Of a DNA stretch of 64,000 bases, positions 38,034 through 52,288 are shown piece by piece. Origin of the DNA: Octopus sinensis. Taxonomy: Eukaryota. The notes under the pieces were generated by a model that was not told where the DNA came from, ran no database searches, and saw nothing but the letters and a program-made list of their open reading frames with translations. Both the position numbers and the translations under genes were made by a program. Numbering within the stretch: the stretch's first letter is position 1; every line of letters begins with the position of its first letter. The stretch is from positions 43,586,001-43,650,000 of the forward strand of contig NC_043015.1 of NCBI RefSeq assembly GCF_006345805.1. The letters are read 5' to 3'.

Positions 38034-39373
38034 ATCGTACAGACAATAAAGTAATATTTCTAACGCAGTATAGCCGTGGAAACGGCAAAAAGATTGGGTG
38101 TTATATCCATATCTGACGAAAACTGTTGTCAGCAGGCAGCCACCGGTTTCGAACTCGCATCTTCCAGATAACGGATGGACGACTACTCTACTAATCAAAC
38201 AAAACTGCTCTCTAACAAAAATTCCACTCAATTAAAATTAAACACTATGTATATTAGTTTCTTTTGAACTGCAACAGCATACGTATGTAAGCAAACTTTT
38301 GGTAAGTGTTTTGGGAGCTTCGAGTGTGTATATTCGCCATTCGCCCCTTGTGGGTAATAAAGAAATAGTGTGTATATTCGCCATATAATGGTAAAAATCC
38401 CAATATTTCTGCTGTTTTCATTCACACTCAATGCAGTCGGACTGAATCCGCAACCATGTGGTTGCAAAGGAATAATTCTTACCGCAAATTTAACCATTAC
38501 CGTTTCAGTCTAATTCCCCCAAGATTCATTCAGTCATTTTTCTATCTTCCAGAGTAAAATACTGAGCTTAAATACCAGTCGATTAGTGCAATTTATTAAA
38601 ACAATTACGCCCTCATCATAATTCTCTTTCTTAAAGAAATTCAAACTGCCAGATGGTTCTCTGATTTTAAGTCATAGGGAATTTGAATTATTTTTCTCAC
38701 TACTTTCACCTCCTCCGAGATGCGTGAATTTGCTATCCGTAACATATTATTAATATATTGGGAATAGACTCTGAACGCTTTACCCTGTTCTCAATAAATT
38801 TCTGACCTCGTACAGATACTAATGATAAATCATTATAATTAATTGTCAATTCTTATTTCTAAAATTATTTTCGCTGAAACGGAACTGAAATAAAGTAATA
38901 CAGAAAGCAAAAATAATCCGAAATTTATTGAAACCATTTAAAGATACGAGCTCATATTCTATTTGGTTAATAAATAACCTGAAGAATAATAGCACATAAA
39001 GAATTTGATTAAATCTTTTTCTCAATTTCTATTGCATCACTATTAGTGCAAGTTTACGAACCTAAATGGATTTGATTTGTAGAAATAATTAATAGATCTT
39101 GATATTTTTAGCAAGTCATTTATATTAAAATCCTTTTATTGATTCAGTCAATGGTTTTACTATGCAATACACTCTCCTTAATAATTATTGTGAAATACTG
39201 AAGCAATGGAATTGCCAACGTGACACCGAGTATCTGCGTTCCTCTTCCTGTTGTTGTTGTTGTTGTTTAACTTAGTTCAACCCAGCAGATAACTGGAAAA
39301 AAATTATTTCCGGCCGGCCATCCATATATTTTCCGCGGTAACGAGGATTAGCTTGTCATATATCCGTTCGCAG

Positions 39374-39606
39374 AGGGCGGCGAGATGGCAGAAGCGTTAG
39401 CACGCCGGGCGAAATGCGTAGCCGTATTTCGTCTGTCGTTACATTCTGAGTTCAAATTCCGCCGAGGTCGACTTTGCCTTTCATCCTTTCGGGGTCTATA
39501 AATTAAGTACCAGTGTCGCACTGGGGTCGATGTAATCGACTTAATCCCTTTGTCTGTCTTTGTTTGTCCCCTCTATGTTTAGCCCCTTGTGGGTAGTAAA
39601 GAAATA
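39374..39606 (+). mobile_element. SINE-A with TSD
   Basis: atatatccgtt(c/t)gcag on both sides. Confidence 0.9.
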
Positions 39607-40185
39607 TATATCCGTTTGCAGTAAGGCTGAGTGGTTAAAAAGTTCAATATATAATCACGAGGTTGTGCGTTTGATTCTATAGCTTGACACCTTCGATAAG
39701 TGCTTTGGTGGGGTTTTTTTTTAGCCATGAACTTGGTTCGACCCAGGCCTGTAATTGAAACAGAGAAGTGGGAAATGTGCAGAGGGCATTCAAGCATCCA
39801 GCACCGCCACACATGGCATCACACTGATTTCACGCGAAGAACGCGATGATTACGGTAGGGAGTGACAAAACTTTTGGACCATCCTAAAGATCTCTGAAGA
39901 GTTGGAACTCCGAATATCAGGATGTACGAAATACCACTAAGCATAGAAGGAAGCTTTTTATGATAGTTTTGTGGTATCTTCTTCTGTTGATTCAAGGAGG
40001 AGGAAATACAAAGAACGAAGTTGTCAGGCGGAGTAAATTCAATAACCGTTTATTCACAGGTGCTTCGTACAAGGTGTTCGCTTTCAGTAACCATCTTCAC
40101 AGCAGTGCGTAGTTAGCCTTCTCTGCCATACGCGTGAGGCTCAATAACATCTGGAGACAATACATGCGGTATCACAGCGGGACAA

Positions 40186-40419
40186 GGCGGCGAGCTGGCA
40201 GAAATGTTAGCACGCCGGGCGAAATGCTTAGCGGTATTTCGTCTGCCGTTACGTTCTGAGTTCAAATTCCGCCGAGGTCGACTTTGCCTTTCATCCTTTC
40301 GGGGTCGATAAATTAAAGTACCAGTTACGCACTGGGGTCGATATAATCGACTTAATCCCTGTGTATGTCCTTGTTCGTCCTCTCTGTGTTTAGCCCCTTG
40401 TGGGTAGTAAAGAAATAGC
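40186..40419 (+). mobile_element. SINE-A with 16-bp TSD
   Basis: tatcacagcgggacaa at 40170-40185 and 40420-40435. Confidence 0.93.
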
Positions 40420-40986
40420 TATCACAGCGGGACAATTGTCTGCTGTGTACTCCCGGCTTCGAAGTCTTGCTCGGCGTCAGCGTGAGAAGAATGAGATAAC
40501 GGTTCTCTCAGTTCGTCGCCTTAATATCTATGGATATTAAGAAATATGTCAAGAGACATAAAATATGCCATTCCTTCAATGCGTAAATCTTCTTAATCAA
40601 AATGAATCAATATTCTAATTCCATATCAATTAATTAATTAATTAATTTTCTAATTCTCTTTTTTACAAATTTATTTTATAAAAACATATATCATAGAACT
40701 CATATATTTTTTGTTCATTAATTGACAAAATTAAGATCGATCCAAACGTGTGAAGCAATCAAAGTACATACATACGTGCATTCATATACACATTCATATA
40801 TAAATACACACACACATACATGTGTGTGTGTGCGTGCGTATGTATGTTTGGCGTTAGTCATTCTTCGCTTCAAGAAGTGATAATCGCAAAGCGAAGATTG
40901 ATTATTGTTATTCATTTGAAGATAATCGATATGTTTTAAACGAAATTCTCTGTAGACAAGCGGTAATCTTCTGAAAAAGTCACATT

Positions 40987-41157
40987 GGCGCAGGAGTGGC
41001 TGTGTGGTAAGTAGCATGTTTACCAACCAGATGGTTCCGGGTTCAGTCCCACTGCGTGGCATCTTGGGAAAGTGTCTTGTACTATAGCCTCGGGCTGGCC
41101 AAAGCCTTGTGAGTGGATTTGGTAGACGGAAACTGAAAGAAGCCCGTCGTATATATG

Positions 41158-41192
<35 letters not shown>

Positions 41193-41403
41193 TTGTATCT
41201 GTGTTTGTCCCCCTAGCATTGCTTGACAACCAATGTTGGTGTGTTTACGTCCCTGTCACTTAGCGGTTCGGCAAAAGGGACCGATAGAATAAGTACTGGG
41301 CTTACAATGAATAAGTCCCGGGGATCGATTTGCTCGACTAAAGGTGGTGCTCCAGCATGGCCGCAGTCAAAGGACTGAAACAAGTAAAAGAGTAAAAAAG
41401 AGT
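40987..41403 (+). mobile_element. SINE-B, full length
   Basis: ggcgcaggagtggctgtgtggtaag...gaaacaagtaaaagagtaaa. Confidence 0.92.
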
Positions 41404-41736
41404 ATTGAGATACGGTTTCCATTTTTTTTTTTTTTATTTGGAGTTGTTTCACTAAGGATAATAATAAAGATCCTTCACAAGTCTTTTAGTCCGGTAGAAT
41501 CGGTTTCTATGTTTCTGTAGCGTATATATATAATCGAAACCTGGACGGGACACCGCTTCGTCTGCCGGCTGAGTGCTATGTAGCAACATGAAATGAAGTG
41601 TTTTGCTCAAAAACACAAAGCATCGCCCAGACCAGGAATCGAAACCACAATCCAACGATCATTAGTCCAACATTCGTAACCACATAACCACGTGCCTCCA
41701 CTTGTTTCAATTAGACTTCGTACTGTTTCTCGGTGT

Positions 41737-41945
41737 TTACTCTTTTACTTGTTACAGTCATTTGACTGTGGCCACGCTGGCGCACCGCCTTTAGACGAGC
41801 AAATCTACCCCAGGACTTATTCGTTGTAAGCCTAGTACTTATTCTCTCGATCTCTTTTGCCGAACCGCTAAGTTATGGAGACGTAAACACACCAGCATCG
41901 GTTGTCAAGCGATATTGGGGGGACAAACACAGACACACACACGCA
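41737..41945 (-). mobile_element. SINE-B, 3' half
   Basis: Tail and 3' blocks present, ends at the internal microsatellite. Confidence 0.85.
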
Positions 41946-41963
41946 TATATATATATACATACA

Positions 41964-41996
<33 letters not shown>

Positions 41997-42407
41997 GGAG
42001 TGGCTGTGTGGTAAGTGTGGTAAGTAGCTTGTTTATCAACCACATGGTTCCGGGTTCAGTCCCACTGCGTGACACCTTGGTCAAGTGTCTTCTACTATAG
42101 CCTCGGGCCGACCAATGCCTTGTGAGTGGATTTGGTAGACGGAAACTGAAAGAAGCCTGCCGTATATATGTATGTATATATATATATGTATGTTTGTGTG
42201 TTGAATATCTGTGTTTGTCCCCCTAGCATTGCTTGACAACAGATGCTGGTGTGTTTATGTCCCCGTCACTTAGCGGTTCGGCAAAACAGACCGATAGAAT
42301 AGGTACTGGCCTTACAAAGAATAAGTGCCGGGGTCGAGTTGCTTGATTAAAGGCGGTGCTCCAGCATGGCCGCAGTTAAATGACTGAAACAAGTAAAAGA
42401 GTAAAGA

Positions 42408-42410
<3 letters not shown>
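41997..42410 (+). mobile_element. SINE-B, near full length
   Basis: Head with a small gtgtggtaa duplication; full tail. Confidence 0.9.
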
Positions 42411-42452
<42 letters not shown>

Positions 42453-43421
42453 GAGGCGGGGGTAATGAGAGGTAATGGTATCAATAAAACCCAAAGGTGT
42501 CAGGTAATGCTGAGTAAGTGCTTTGGATAGACCATAGTTAAGCTCCAGTTTCGGTGAATATGCGAATGAGTCCAACGTAGGTCATATATCAGCATGTGTG
42601 TATATAAAAAAATAGAATAATTATATATATATATATAATTTATAAATGAGGGTGAAAAATTTGATATTAATTTAATAATACCATCAATTTAACACCAAGT
42701 GGCTTAGCACATAAAAACCAGGGATACAACACAAATTTATACATAAATATGAGAGAGTAACCACATAGCATAGCGATGCTAACTAACTGAATAGCGTCGT
42801 TTCAATCTGCCGATAGTCTGAGAGTCGCATTTGATAAACCGCATGCAAATAGACGCGTTGCAAAATCTTCCAAAGTGCTTCTTAATTTGCCATTCTCAAA
42901 TCAAGTGAAATCAATCTTTAAAGGTTTCCCCGCTGCAGCACAACAAGCGATATCTCCAGTATAATTTTAAAGTGATATTATTATAAACACTTTGGGTCAT
43001 TGCCACTGCTACTGAAGAGCTAAGAATCGCTTCAGGCTTTTAGCTCTACGAAGGAATTTACATGTATATTAAATTAAGCCGAGAAGGGCAGATATATATG
43101 TATATATTTCTATAGAATTCTTTTATTTATTTCCGTGAGATAAAGCTCTTAATATATAATCGATAAGAGGACTTGAAGTATTATACAGGGGTATTATTTG
43201 TAACTTTAAAATTATTAACAATTATAGAATAAGACCGATAGAATAAGTACTGGGCTTACAAAGAATAAGTCCCGGGGGTCGATTTGCTCGACTAAAGGCA
43301 GTGCTCCAGCATGGCCACAGTCAAATGACTGAAACAAGTAAAAGAGTAAAAGAGTAAAAGAATATGTAGTATTTAACATTGTAAGTGACATTGTGTTTGA
43401 AGAATTTAACGTATCATAATA

Positions 43422-44684
43422 CGAGGGGCGTTCAATAAGTAATGCCCCTGACCCACCTTCCATAGCAGTAGAGCAACGAAACTTGGCAGAATTATTAGTC
43501 TTTTTCTACATAGGAACCACCCAGAGTTACGCATTTCTCCCATCGTTTGATGCGGCTCTGGAGACCGTTTTTGTAGAAGAACCCAGCTTGGTCCTCCAAC
43601 CACGACGTGACTTCAGAAATCAAGGCTGCATCATCTGGGAAACGCTTTCCTTTCAAAAACAACTTCATGATTGGGAAGAGGTGAAAATCAGAGGGTGCAA
43701 GGTCAGGAAAGTAGGGGGGATGGGGAGAAGTTCATATCCATACGCCTGTGCTTCTGATCTGGCGACAAGCGAGTTGTGGACCGGAGCGTTGTCCTGCAGG
43801 AGGAGGATGCCTTTGCTGATCTTGCCCCGCCTCTTGATTTTGATAACTTCTCTTAATTTCCCCAAAAGTGAAGCATAATAGGTCTGTTTTGCCAGGAAAT
43901 CTGTCATCACTACTCCGTCCTGGTCCCAGAAGACTGTGAGCATGACCTTGCCAGCGGAGGGCTGCACCCTTGCCTTCTTTGGAGGGGGTGAGTCACGGTG
44001 CTTCCACTGCATTGACTGGGCTTTGGTCTCTGGATCATTGTGATGGACCCAGGTTTCATCCTGTGTAATCAGTCTTTTGAAAAATTTTGACTCATCTTCT
44101 TGGCACATCTCCAAATTCACCCTCGAGCACTCGACGCGTTCTTGCTTCTGGAAAGGCGTGAGCAACCTGGGAATCCATCTGGCAAACACCTTTTGCAGAT
44201 GCAGATGGTCATGAATGATAGTTTCCACAGACCCGGTACTAATCTTGACCTCATGGGCTATTTGGCGAATAATTATGCGTCGATCTTCCAAAATGGCAGC
44301 CTCAACTTGACGGACAGATGCCTCATCAATGGCAGAAGGGGGCGACCAGATCTGGGAGCTGTTTCCACAGAGTTCCGACCATGTTTGAATTCACGATGCC
44401 AGCGTTTTACAAGGTCATATGATGGGGCATCATTAACATAAGTTACTTTCATTTCATCAAAAGTCTCCCGTGGTGTGCGTCCTTTCAAATACAAAAACCG
44501 GATCACTGCTCGACACTCAACAGGCTCCATTTCACACTTGACTCGGTTCAAACACCTGTAAATCAGAAACCACAATTAATTTGCCACTTACTCTATAGAG
44601 ATATAAATGATTGCACATGCAAAATTTCAGCTAGATCAAACAACTGCAGGTGGGTCAGAGGCATTACTTATTGAACGTCCCTCG
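43422..44684 (-). mobile_element. Full-length mariner element (DD34D), 1263 bp
   Basis: 35-bp TIRs cgaggggcgttcaataagtaatgcccctgacccac / cgagggacgttcaataagtaatgcctctgacccac; TA flanks at 43420-21 and 44685-86. Confidence 0.95.
43495..44530 (-). pseudogene. Mariner transposase, frameshifted
   Basis: MEPVECRAVIRFL..WIPRLL..QDETW..QDNAP..YFPDLAPSDFHLF; 34 residues between the last two Asp; two 1-bp deletions in C runs (about 44340 and 43724) and a probable short in-frame deletion near FLAKQTYY. Confidence 0.92.
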
Positions 44685-44743
44685 TATGTACACGAACCTT
44701 TTGAAAATGATTAGATATTGGCCATGAGTATTAACTTTATTTA

Positions 44744-45031
44744 GAAGAGGTACACGGCCTAGTGGTTAGCGCAGTGGACCCGCGCTCGAGGGAACGCGAT
44801 TTCGAATCTCAGACTGGGCGATGTGTGTGCTTGTGAATGAAATACCTAAGATCCACGGTGAATCCGGCAGAAGGTAATGGCTAACTTTTGCTGACTCTTT
44901 TCGCCACAACTTTCTCTCACTCTTTCATCCTCCAGCAGCTCGCCGTCGTCCCGTCCAGGCGGGGAACCAACTCGCCAATGAAACCGGGAAACCGGTCCTT
45001 ATGAAACCAGGCTTGAGAAAGAACAAACAAC
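44744..45031 (+). mobile_element. SINE with C-type head and a different 3' tail
   Basis: C-like head and ccacaactttctctcactct, then unrelated tail gaaaccgggaaaccggtcc..gagaaagaacaaacaac. Confidence 0.65.
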
Positions 45032-46106
45032 ATTAACTTCTAAATAAGTATTAGAGGGTTAACGTTTTTTTTCTTTTATGCTGGTACAAAACCAGAAAAT
45101 TTGAGGTGTTTCGAGATTTCACCCTCAGATTTTTTAACTATTTATTTGATTTAACCGACTCCTGAGAGGTGTTACACAACATTAAGTCGGACGGGATATA
45201 AGCTGAGTACTTAGAAAACCAGAAGAGATAACGTTATGTACATTATTTTACATTAACACTTTGTTAAAGTATGTTTAATGGATGGCAAAACGGGTAATGA
45301 CCTTTCAAATACTGAATATGATATAGGCGACTATATAACAGAAGGCACTGGTGAATCATGGCCGCAGTCCAGCGAAAAAGATCATTAAAACAATAAAGTT
45401 GTGCATATCTGAGGTCCTTCAGTAAGTGATTTCGGGTTCGGAATTCACACAACATACAAAAGAATCTTACCTTATCTCTCTTTCTCTCTTTTTCTACATT
45501 ATAGCAGTTTCCCAGCGTTGCTGGGATACAACATATTCGACCTATGTATGCTTAACATTCGTAACTATAATCTTTTATATATGCGATATAATTCCCCGAT
45601 TTCTAATTCCTTTCAAATTCTATTCCTAGAGAAGGATTTGTAAAGAATTCTATTTTTATGTTATCACTTAAAATTGTCGGTATTAAGAGAAGATGCTCTT
45701 TATTCTTAGATATAAAATATCATTCTTTCTTATCCGGATATTCAAAGTACTTTCTAATCACTTAATGTAGTAATATATTGAAATATTGTCCTGACAGTTC
45801 AACGACAGGTTGTTTCTTGCGTAATCGGTTTCTAAATTGTCATATTTTACAATCCCCAGGTATTCAGTATTCGTTAACACAAAAATTATAGCTCTCTATA
45901 ATTCATACATCGCGCATTTTCAGTAAAGCTGTTTTCCCGACGAGATCAAACAAAGCCGGAGTATGTCATGAATTGGTCCTAGATTTGCCACGGTTTGATG
46001 CCATACGGTTGTTCTAAGGTCAAATAGCCTGGATATCTATGTTCTTAGTTCAAATTTACCCCGGTCAATTTTAGCTCCCTTCCTTTCGGAGACCTTAGAA
46101 TTCCAT

Positions 46107-46518
46107 TATTTCTTTATTGCCCACAAGGAGCTAAACGTAGATGGACAAACAAGGACAGACAAACGGATTAAGTCGATTATATCGACCCCAGTGAGTAACT
46201 GGTACTTATTTAATCGACCACAAAAGCATGAAAGGCAAGGTCGACCTCGGTGGAATTTGAACTCAGAACGTAAAGACTGACGAAATACCTATTTCTTTAC
46301 TACCCACAAGGGGCTAAACACAGAAAGGACAAACAAGGACAGACAAACGGATTAAGTCAATTACATCGACCCCAGTGCGTAACTGGTACTTAATTTATCG
46401 ACCCCGAAAGGATGAAAGGCAAAGTCGACCTCGGCGGAATTTGAACTCAGAACGTAGCGTCAGACGAAATACGGCATTTCGCCCGGCGTGCTAACGATTC
46501 TGCCAGCTCATCGCCTTA
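46107..46518 (-). mobile_element. SINE-A dimer
   Basis: Junction aaagaaata|ggtatttcgtc at 46289/46290; both units have tail type 1. Confidence 0.9.
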
Positions 46519-47269
46519 TAGGGGGCCATAGAAATCCAGTCAACTACTACGATCGATCTCTCCCTCACTCCCCTCCCTTTCCCCCTCTATCTCTTTCTTT
46601 GCCGCGCTCATTCAGAAACGGATACGTAGCACGTGATAATGTCGTTATGAAACACTCGAAACAACATTTTCCACAGAAATATAGGGGAGTCGAATAACTG
46701 GTAACTTAATTATCGCAGAAAACTTAGTATCATACCACAAATGTTTAAGGATTGCCTCATATTCGGCCAGCATCAACGGAAAAACACAGTCATGGTAAGA
46801 AGTATATACGACGAGCTTTTTGTAGCTTTCATCTACCGAATACAGTCACAAGGTTTTGGTCGGCCTAGGGCTATAGTAGAATGCAAATACTCAAGCTGCG
46901 ACGCAGAGGGACTGAACCCAGAACTATGTGGTTGGGAAACAAACTTCTTACCACAGTGCCACACGTACGCCTATGTGTTTATGTTTTTCGCATCATAAGA
47001 ATCTGGAATCTCTAATAGATGTGAAGTAAACCATATCTATTTCGATCGAACTCGAAATAGATAAATCTATAAATAATAGCTTGATAAATATTGGTTAACG
47101 ACCAATATTACCTTTTGGATGGAAAAATTCGAAAGCTGTACGTGGGACTATGCACCTATGCACCCTTTCAAGTTTTCTCCTATTTCGGAAACTTTGTTCT
47201 TACTGGTGTGAATTGTAAGTTTTATAATAAAAAGGGGTCGGTGCTACAGATTCCCTTCCTTCATGAATA

Positions 47270-47590
47270 ACCATGGAAATGCACCTAAAAATTTCTCCTC
47301 TGAGGCGCAAGAACGGCCAAGGTTGTTTTATTAAAGACCACCGGTCACCCATGTATACCAGCCTCCTCTCTCCACACCACTCCGCCGATATTGTCCAAGT
47401 GAAAGGCAAAAGTCGATGAAGCTTAGTGCCAGTGACGTCGTAACTCAATTCTACAGCCGAGTAAACTGGAGCAACATGAAGTAAAGTGTCTTGCTGAAGA
47501 ACACACCTCGCATACAGCCCGATCTGGAAATCGAACACACAACCTCATAATAGAGGGCCCACCGCTCTAACCACTGATCCATGCGCCTTC
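47270..47590 (-). mobile_element. SINE-D, diverged
   Basis: RC gaaggcgcatggatcagtggttagagcgg..caagacactttacttcatgttgctccag..gagttacgacgtcac. Confidence 0.7.
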
Positions 47591-48328
47591 ATGGTATGTT
47601 GTATACATTATAAAAATTTGCAAACTAAATAAGTTGTTTTTTTATATATATATTTAACAGTATAGTAGATAAATCTATAATTCGTTCTAATGCTTGCATA
47701 AGGCTGGAACGAGTAAGTCCATTATATCGACTCAGAATTTGCGTAATACCTATTTCAAATCCCCATCCTATACCGAAAAAATGAAAGGCGAAGTCGATCT
47801 GGATATAATTTCAACTCCGAAGTTAAAGTCAAAAAATAAAAGCTTCTATCGAGTTTCTCCGGTGTGCTAACAATTCTGCCAGTTCGCCCAATATATCGTG
47901 GGTAGAATATTGAGTTATAAAGGACTCTCTACAGTAGGTAAAATGTTGAGAGCTGCCCCTGTGAATCAATAGTAGTAACGACAAAAACAACAACTGCAAC
48001 AAATGCGAAACTTTATTTCAGTCATTTATTTTCTTTCCTTAGTGTTAACACTTAGGAATGGAATATTTCCTTATTTGACACAGGGCTAGGATAGAATTGA
48101 TGAAAATAGGAGCCGAGATGAACTGATATGCGTAGGGAAACGAAAATATCCAATGGATTTTTTTCTATTTGTTTTTTTAGTGTAGGTACGTTATGCTTTG
48201 GTGAGAAAAGTAAGCTGATGTTTTGGGGCCATACTTTCGTAAAAGGAGAATGAAGGAAGGAAGAAAGAAAAAGAAGGAAAGAAAGAAGATAAGAGAGATC
48301 GACAATTTACGTGTATCTGCTTGAAAAA

Positions 48329-48360
<32 letters not shown>

Positions 48361-49249
48361 CCTTCTCACTCTCTTCTTTTCTCTTTTTTCCCATCTGTCG
48401 CTTCCTCGCTTGCTCTGAACCAAAACAGGGAAGAAAGGAACAACGTCAAACGGCCGGATTCCTACTCTCACTCGGGCTTTTGATCTCATCAAAACACTCG
48501 AAAATCACTCCAGAATACAGTAGACTGCTTTTCCTTTGTAGTTAACACTACTGCCTCCTCTGTAATGCATAGTACACGACATTGAATAATCGCAATATTT
48601 CCTAGTTCCACAGGAAATCCATTTTTATTGCGACTCTCTAACATACCATACCATACCATACCAAACCAACAAAGTACAGAAGAATTTACCCATCAAATCA
48701 GGTTGTGATAAACGAATAACCGCAAAATCAATATGCATCTATTTTCGTTTTAACGTTTTTCTGTGTAAAATGTTCCGATTTCACTGCTGCACGTATATTT
48801 AATACAAATATTTCTTAGTCCCATCTAAGTGTGATACACGACGAAAATATCAATCTTGTGTATTTTTCATGCAGTTTATTGTGCTGCAGTAAATCGAGCG
48901 GAAATATATTTTACGGCTTAAGTGATTTCCTATTCGTATTAAAACCGTATATACAGTGATACTTCTAAGAAAGAGGGGAACTGGTTAACCAGATAACAAC
49001 TAAGATTTATTGAGATTTATGGAAATCTCAATAGCACCTAAAGCCAGAGATATACATATAATTCGCTTACATAAAACTGCCTTCTTTTTCTCCTTCCCAC
49101 TGGTTTGCTCTTTCTTTCTGCACCTCCTCTTTTTCTTTCTTTCTTTCTCTCAGTGTCTTGTGCTTTCTTAATCGCTCGCTGCCTTTATACATAAATGTGT
49201 GTATGTGTGTTTGTGTGGGTAAGTACATATAAGACTGTATGTGTAGGTA

Positions 49250-49675
<426 letters not shown>

Positions 49676-49841
49676 CTTTATTTAAAAGCACCAGAAATAT
49701 AGCAACAGCTTTTGTTATATTTCTGCTGCTTTTAAATAAAGCATATTACTCTACTTCTGGTATTTGAGTACTCTTTTTTCTACCTTGTTTCACATTTATG
49801 TGCTTACTCCAGTATATATATATATATATATGCACACTTAC

Positions 49842-50070
49842 AAATACATAGTTTTGTGAATAATCAACACGAATGGGAGCTTGGCCTTTGTACATTCGTG
49901 CACAACGTAATTTGCGCCCAGCACAGTATAAGCACACCTCTGGACACAGAGAGTAGCAGTGCTCCGCAAGTGTTGTTGATGCTCTATGTATATAGACACG
50001 CTGTCGTGGTTTCCTGACATATAACTTTCCCTGAATGACATGTCCGGCATTTGAAAATATAATGTGTCCA
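49842..50070 (-). CDS. Candidate internal exon (229 nt) of an unknown gene
   Basis: Acceptor gtaacgtgcatttatAG, donor TTT|gtaagt; stop-free in two frames; higher GC than flanks; no recognisable homology. Confidence 0.25.
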
Positions 50071-50830
50071 CTATAAATGCACGTTACGATACCTCTAGAA
50101 CCTTAACCATGCCAAATCTGAACTGACAGTAGTTGGGGGGCTTTAAGGTTTACTATACCGTGTATAGTCAAGCTACTGGGTCCCTTTCCTCGTTATAGAC
50201 CACTCTTTGTCTTTGTTCAAAGGGAGTTTTCCTGAATGAAATGAAATGTTGCTTAAAGACTTAGGATAGCCTCTGTGACGTTATTAAATAGCGTATTTTG
50301 TTGTGTACCTGGGGCCGTCATAAAGAACTAATTTTTCTGCAAATTCTCTAGGCACAGATATGGCCGCGTAGTTAAGGATCTCAGTTGGCAGCCGCCTGGT
50401 TTCTGTTTCAGTCCTACGGTGAAGCACCTTAGGTGGGTGTCTTTTCCTTACTGACCCATGGCGACAAATAGACCAAAAGAATAGCCACCAGTCTTACAGT
50501 TATAATAATTGTAGTCGATTCGTTCAATTAAACTCTTAGAGGGACTGACATAGCATGATTATAATCCGCTAAGTCAAACAATTAAAAGATGTCACGTGGT
50601 GGTACGTGGTTCCTGCAGAAGCCTGAAATCATAATGATCGAGGGCATGACCAAAGTTCTAGATAACGAGAAGTTCCATACTGAGACAGACCACTTCTCCG
50701 TTCCTTTCTATTTCTGAAGCAAAAAATAATTCCAAATTTTGATTTATACTCAAGTGTCCACATATCAAATTTACAATCCGAAAAATTCAGGAAAAAAAGG
50801 ATAACTCAGGTGTGTTTATTGGAAAACTTA

Positions 50831-51010
50831 GGCAAGAGTGACTGTGAGGTAAGTAGCTTGCTTTGTAACCACATGGTTCCGGGTTCAGTCCCACTGCATG
50901 TCACCTTGGGCAACTGTCTTCTACTATAGCCTCGGGCTGATCAAAGCCTTGTGAGTGGAAACTGAAAGAAGCTTGTCGTATATATGCATATATATATTTA
51001 TATATATATA

Positions 51011-51064
<54 letters not shown>

Positions 51065-51281
51065 GTGTGTGTATATGCTTGTGTGTCTGTGTTTGCCCAC
51101 CTCAACACCGCTTGACAACTGATGCTGGTGTGCTTACGTCACCGTAACTTAGCGGTTCGCCAAAAGAGACTGATAGAATAAGCACTCGGCTTACAAGGAA
51201 TAAGTTCTGGGGTCCATTCGCTCGACTAAAGGTGGTGCTCCAGAATATCAAATGACTGAAACAAAGAAAAGAGTAAAAGAC
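50831..51281 (+). mobile_element. SINE-B
   Basis: Head, internal (TA)n and tail blocks present. Confidence 0.85.
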
Positions 51282-51753
51282 TAAACAGATCAGCTTTTTA
51301 TCGAAATATAACACCACTTCCTTGTGGGCCCCACTGGTTGCACACAAACCGCCGAGATATCCTTATATTTGCTTTCTGAATTTTTTAAATTGTGAAATTA
51401 TTTTATTGACACATTGTATAAATTTAGATACCTCTAGCGAAATCTTTTGCATATTATAATGTATTACTTTCGCAAATTATTGTGCAAAGGGGTGATGACT
51501 TAAGCTCGGTGTATTGTTTGAGGACCCTCGTTGACCAAGCTCGTTATTAAGGCTTCCAAACCTACCTTCTGAATCTTAAAATTAAATTTGTTATTTAGGT
51601 TTCCTTCTCCAGAGATACAGCTTCATGGATCCATAAAAGAATCTACAACATCAAGTCTGCCTCCTTGGACAAGTATATTTTTAGTTCCACATATTATTCG
51701 AGGAGGAATTTGTACACATCAACTTAATGTCCTCCTCGTCCAACATAAGTTGT

Positions 51754-52288
51754 GTGGAGGCGCAATGGCCCAGTGGTCAGGGCAGCTGACTCGCGGTCGT
51801 AAGAGCGCGGTTTCGATTCCCAGACCGGGCTTTGTGAGTGTTTATTGAGAAAAAACACCTAAGCTCCACGAGGCTCCGGCGGGGGGGGGGGGCTTGAACT
51901 CCTCAGTACTCTTTCATCACAACTTTCCCTCACTCTTCACTCTTTCTTCTTACTTCTGCCACAAAGCAGAGGAACCATGGTGTAACCCACTATGGTGCGG
52001 TAAACTTTCAGACCCTAATCTAGATTGCGAATCCTCTGTACCCCAGGATGTTTCAGCTCTGCACCCGTTAAAAGCCACCGTTTACGAAATGAGGATAACA
52101 ACGTAGCTTTCGCGCCCGTGTAAACGCCAGTCTATCGCGTGTGGTGCGTGGATCTTCAAGTTGCCACCCGCATTCTTAGTAGCTTAGAGTAGGCTCGAAT
52201 TAGAGATTATTCTTTGTGGCCAATGGCGTGAGTCCTGATTGGAAGAAGAAGAAGAAGAAGAAGAAGAAGAAGAAGAAGAAGAAGAAGA
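51754..52288 (+). mobile_element. SINE with C-type head and a third 3' region ending in (GAA)n
   Basis: gtggaggcgcaatggcccagtggtcagggcagc.. then unrelated sequence ending ggccaatggcgtgagtcctgattg(gaa)n; that the distal part belongs to the SINE is inferred. Confidence 0.6.

Noticed and set aside
43010-43055. CTGAAGAGCTAAG...TTTAGCTC-TACGAAG hairpin resembling a hammerhead
   Set aside because: The stem consumes the core GA and the GAAA half is missing
43483-44441. Plus-strand ORFs of 131 and 113 aa
   Set aside because: Antisense shadows of the mariner transposase
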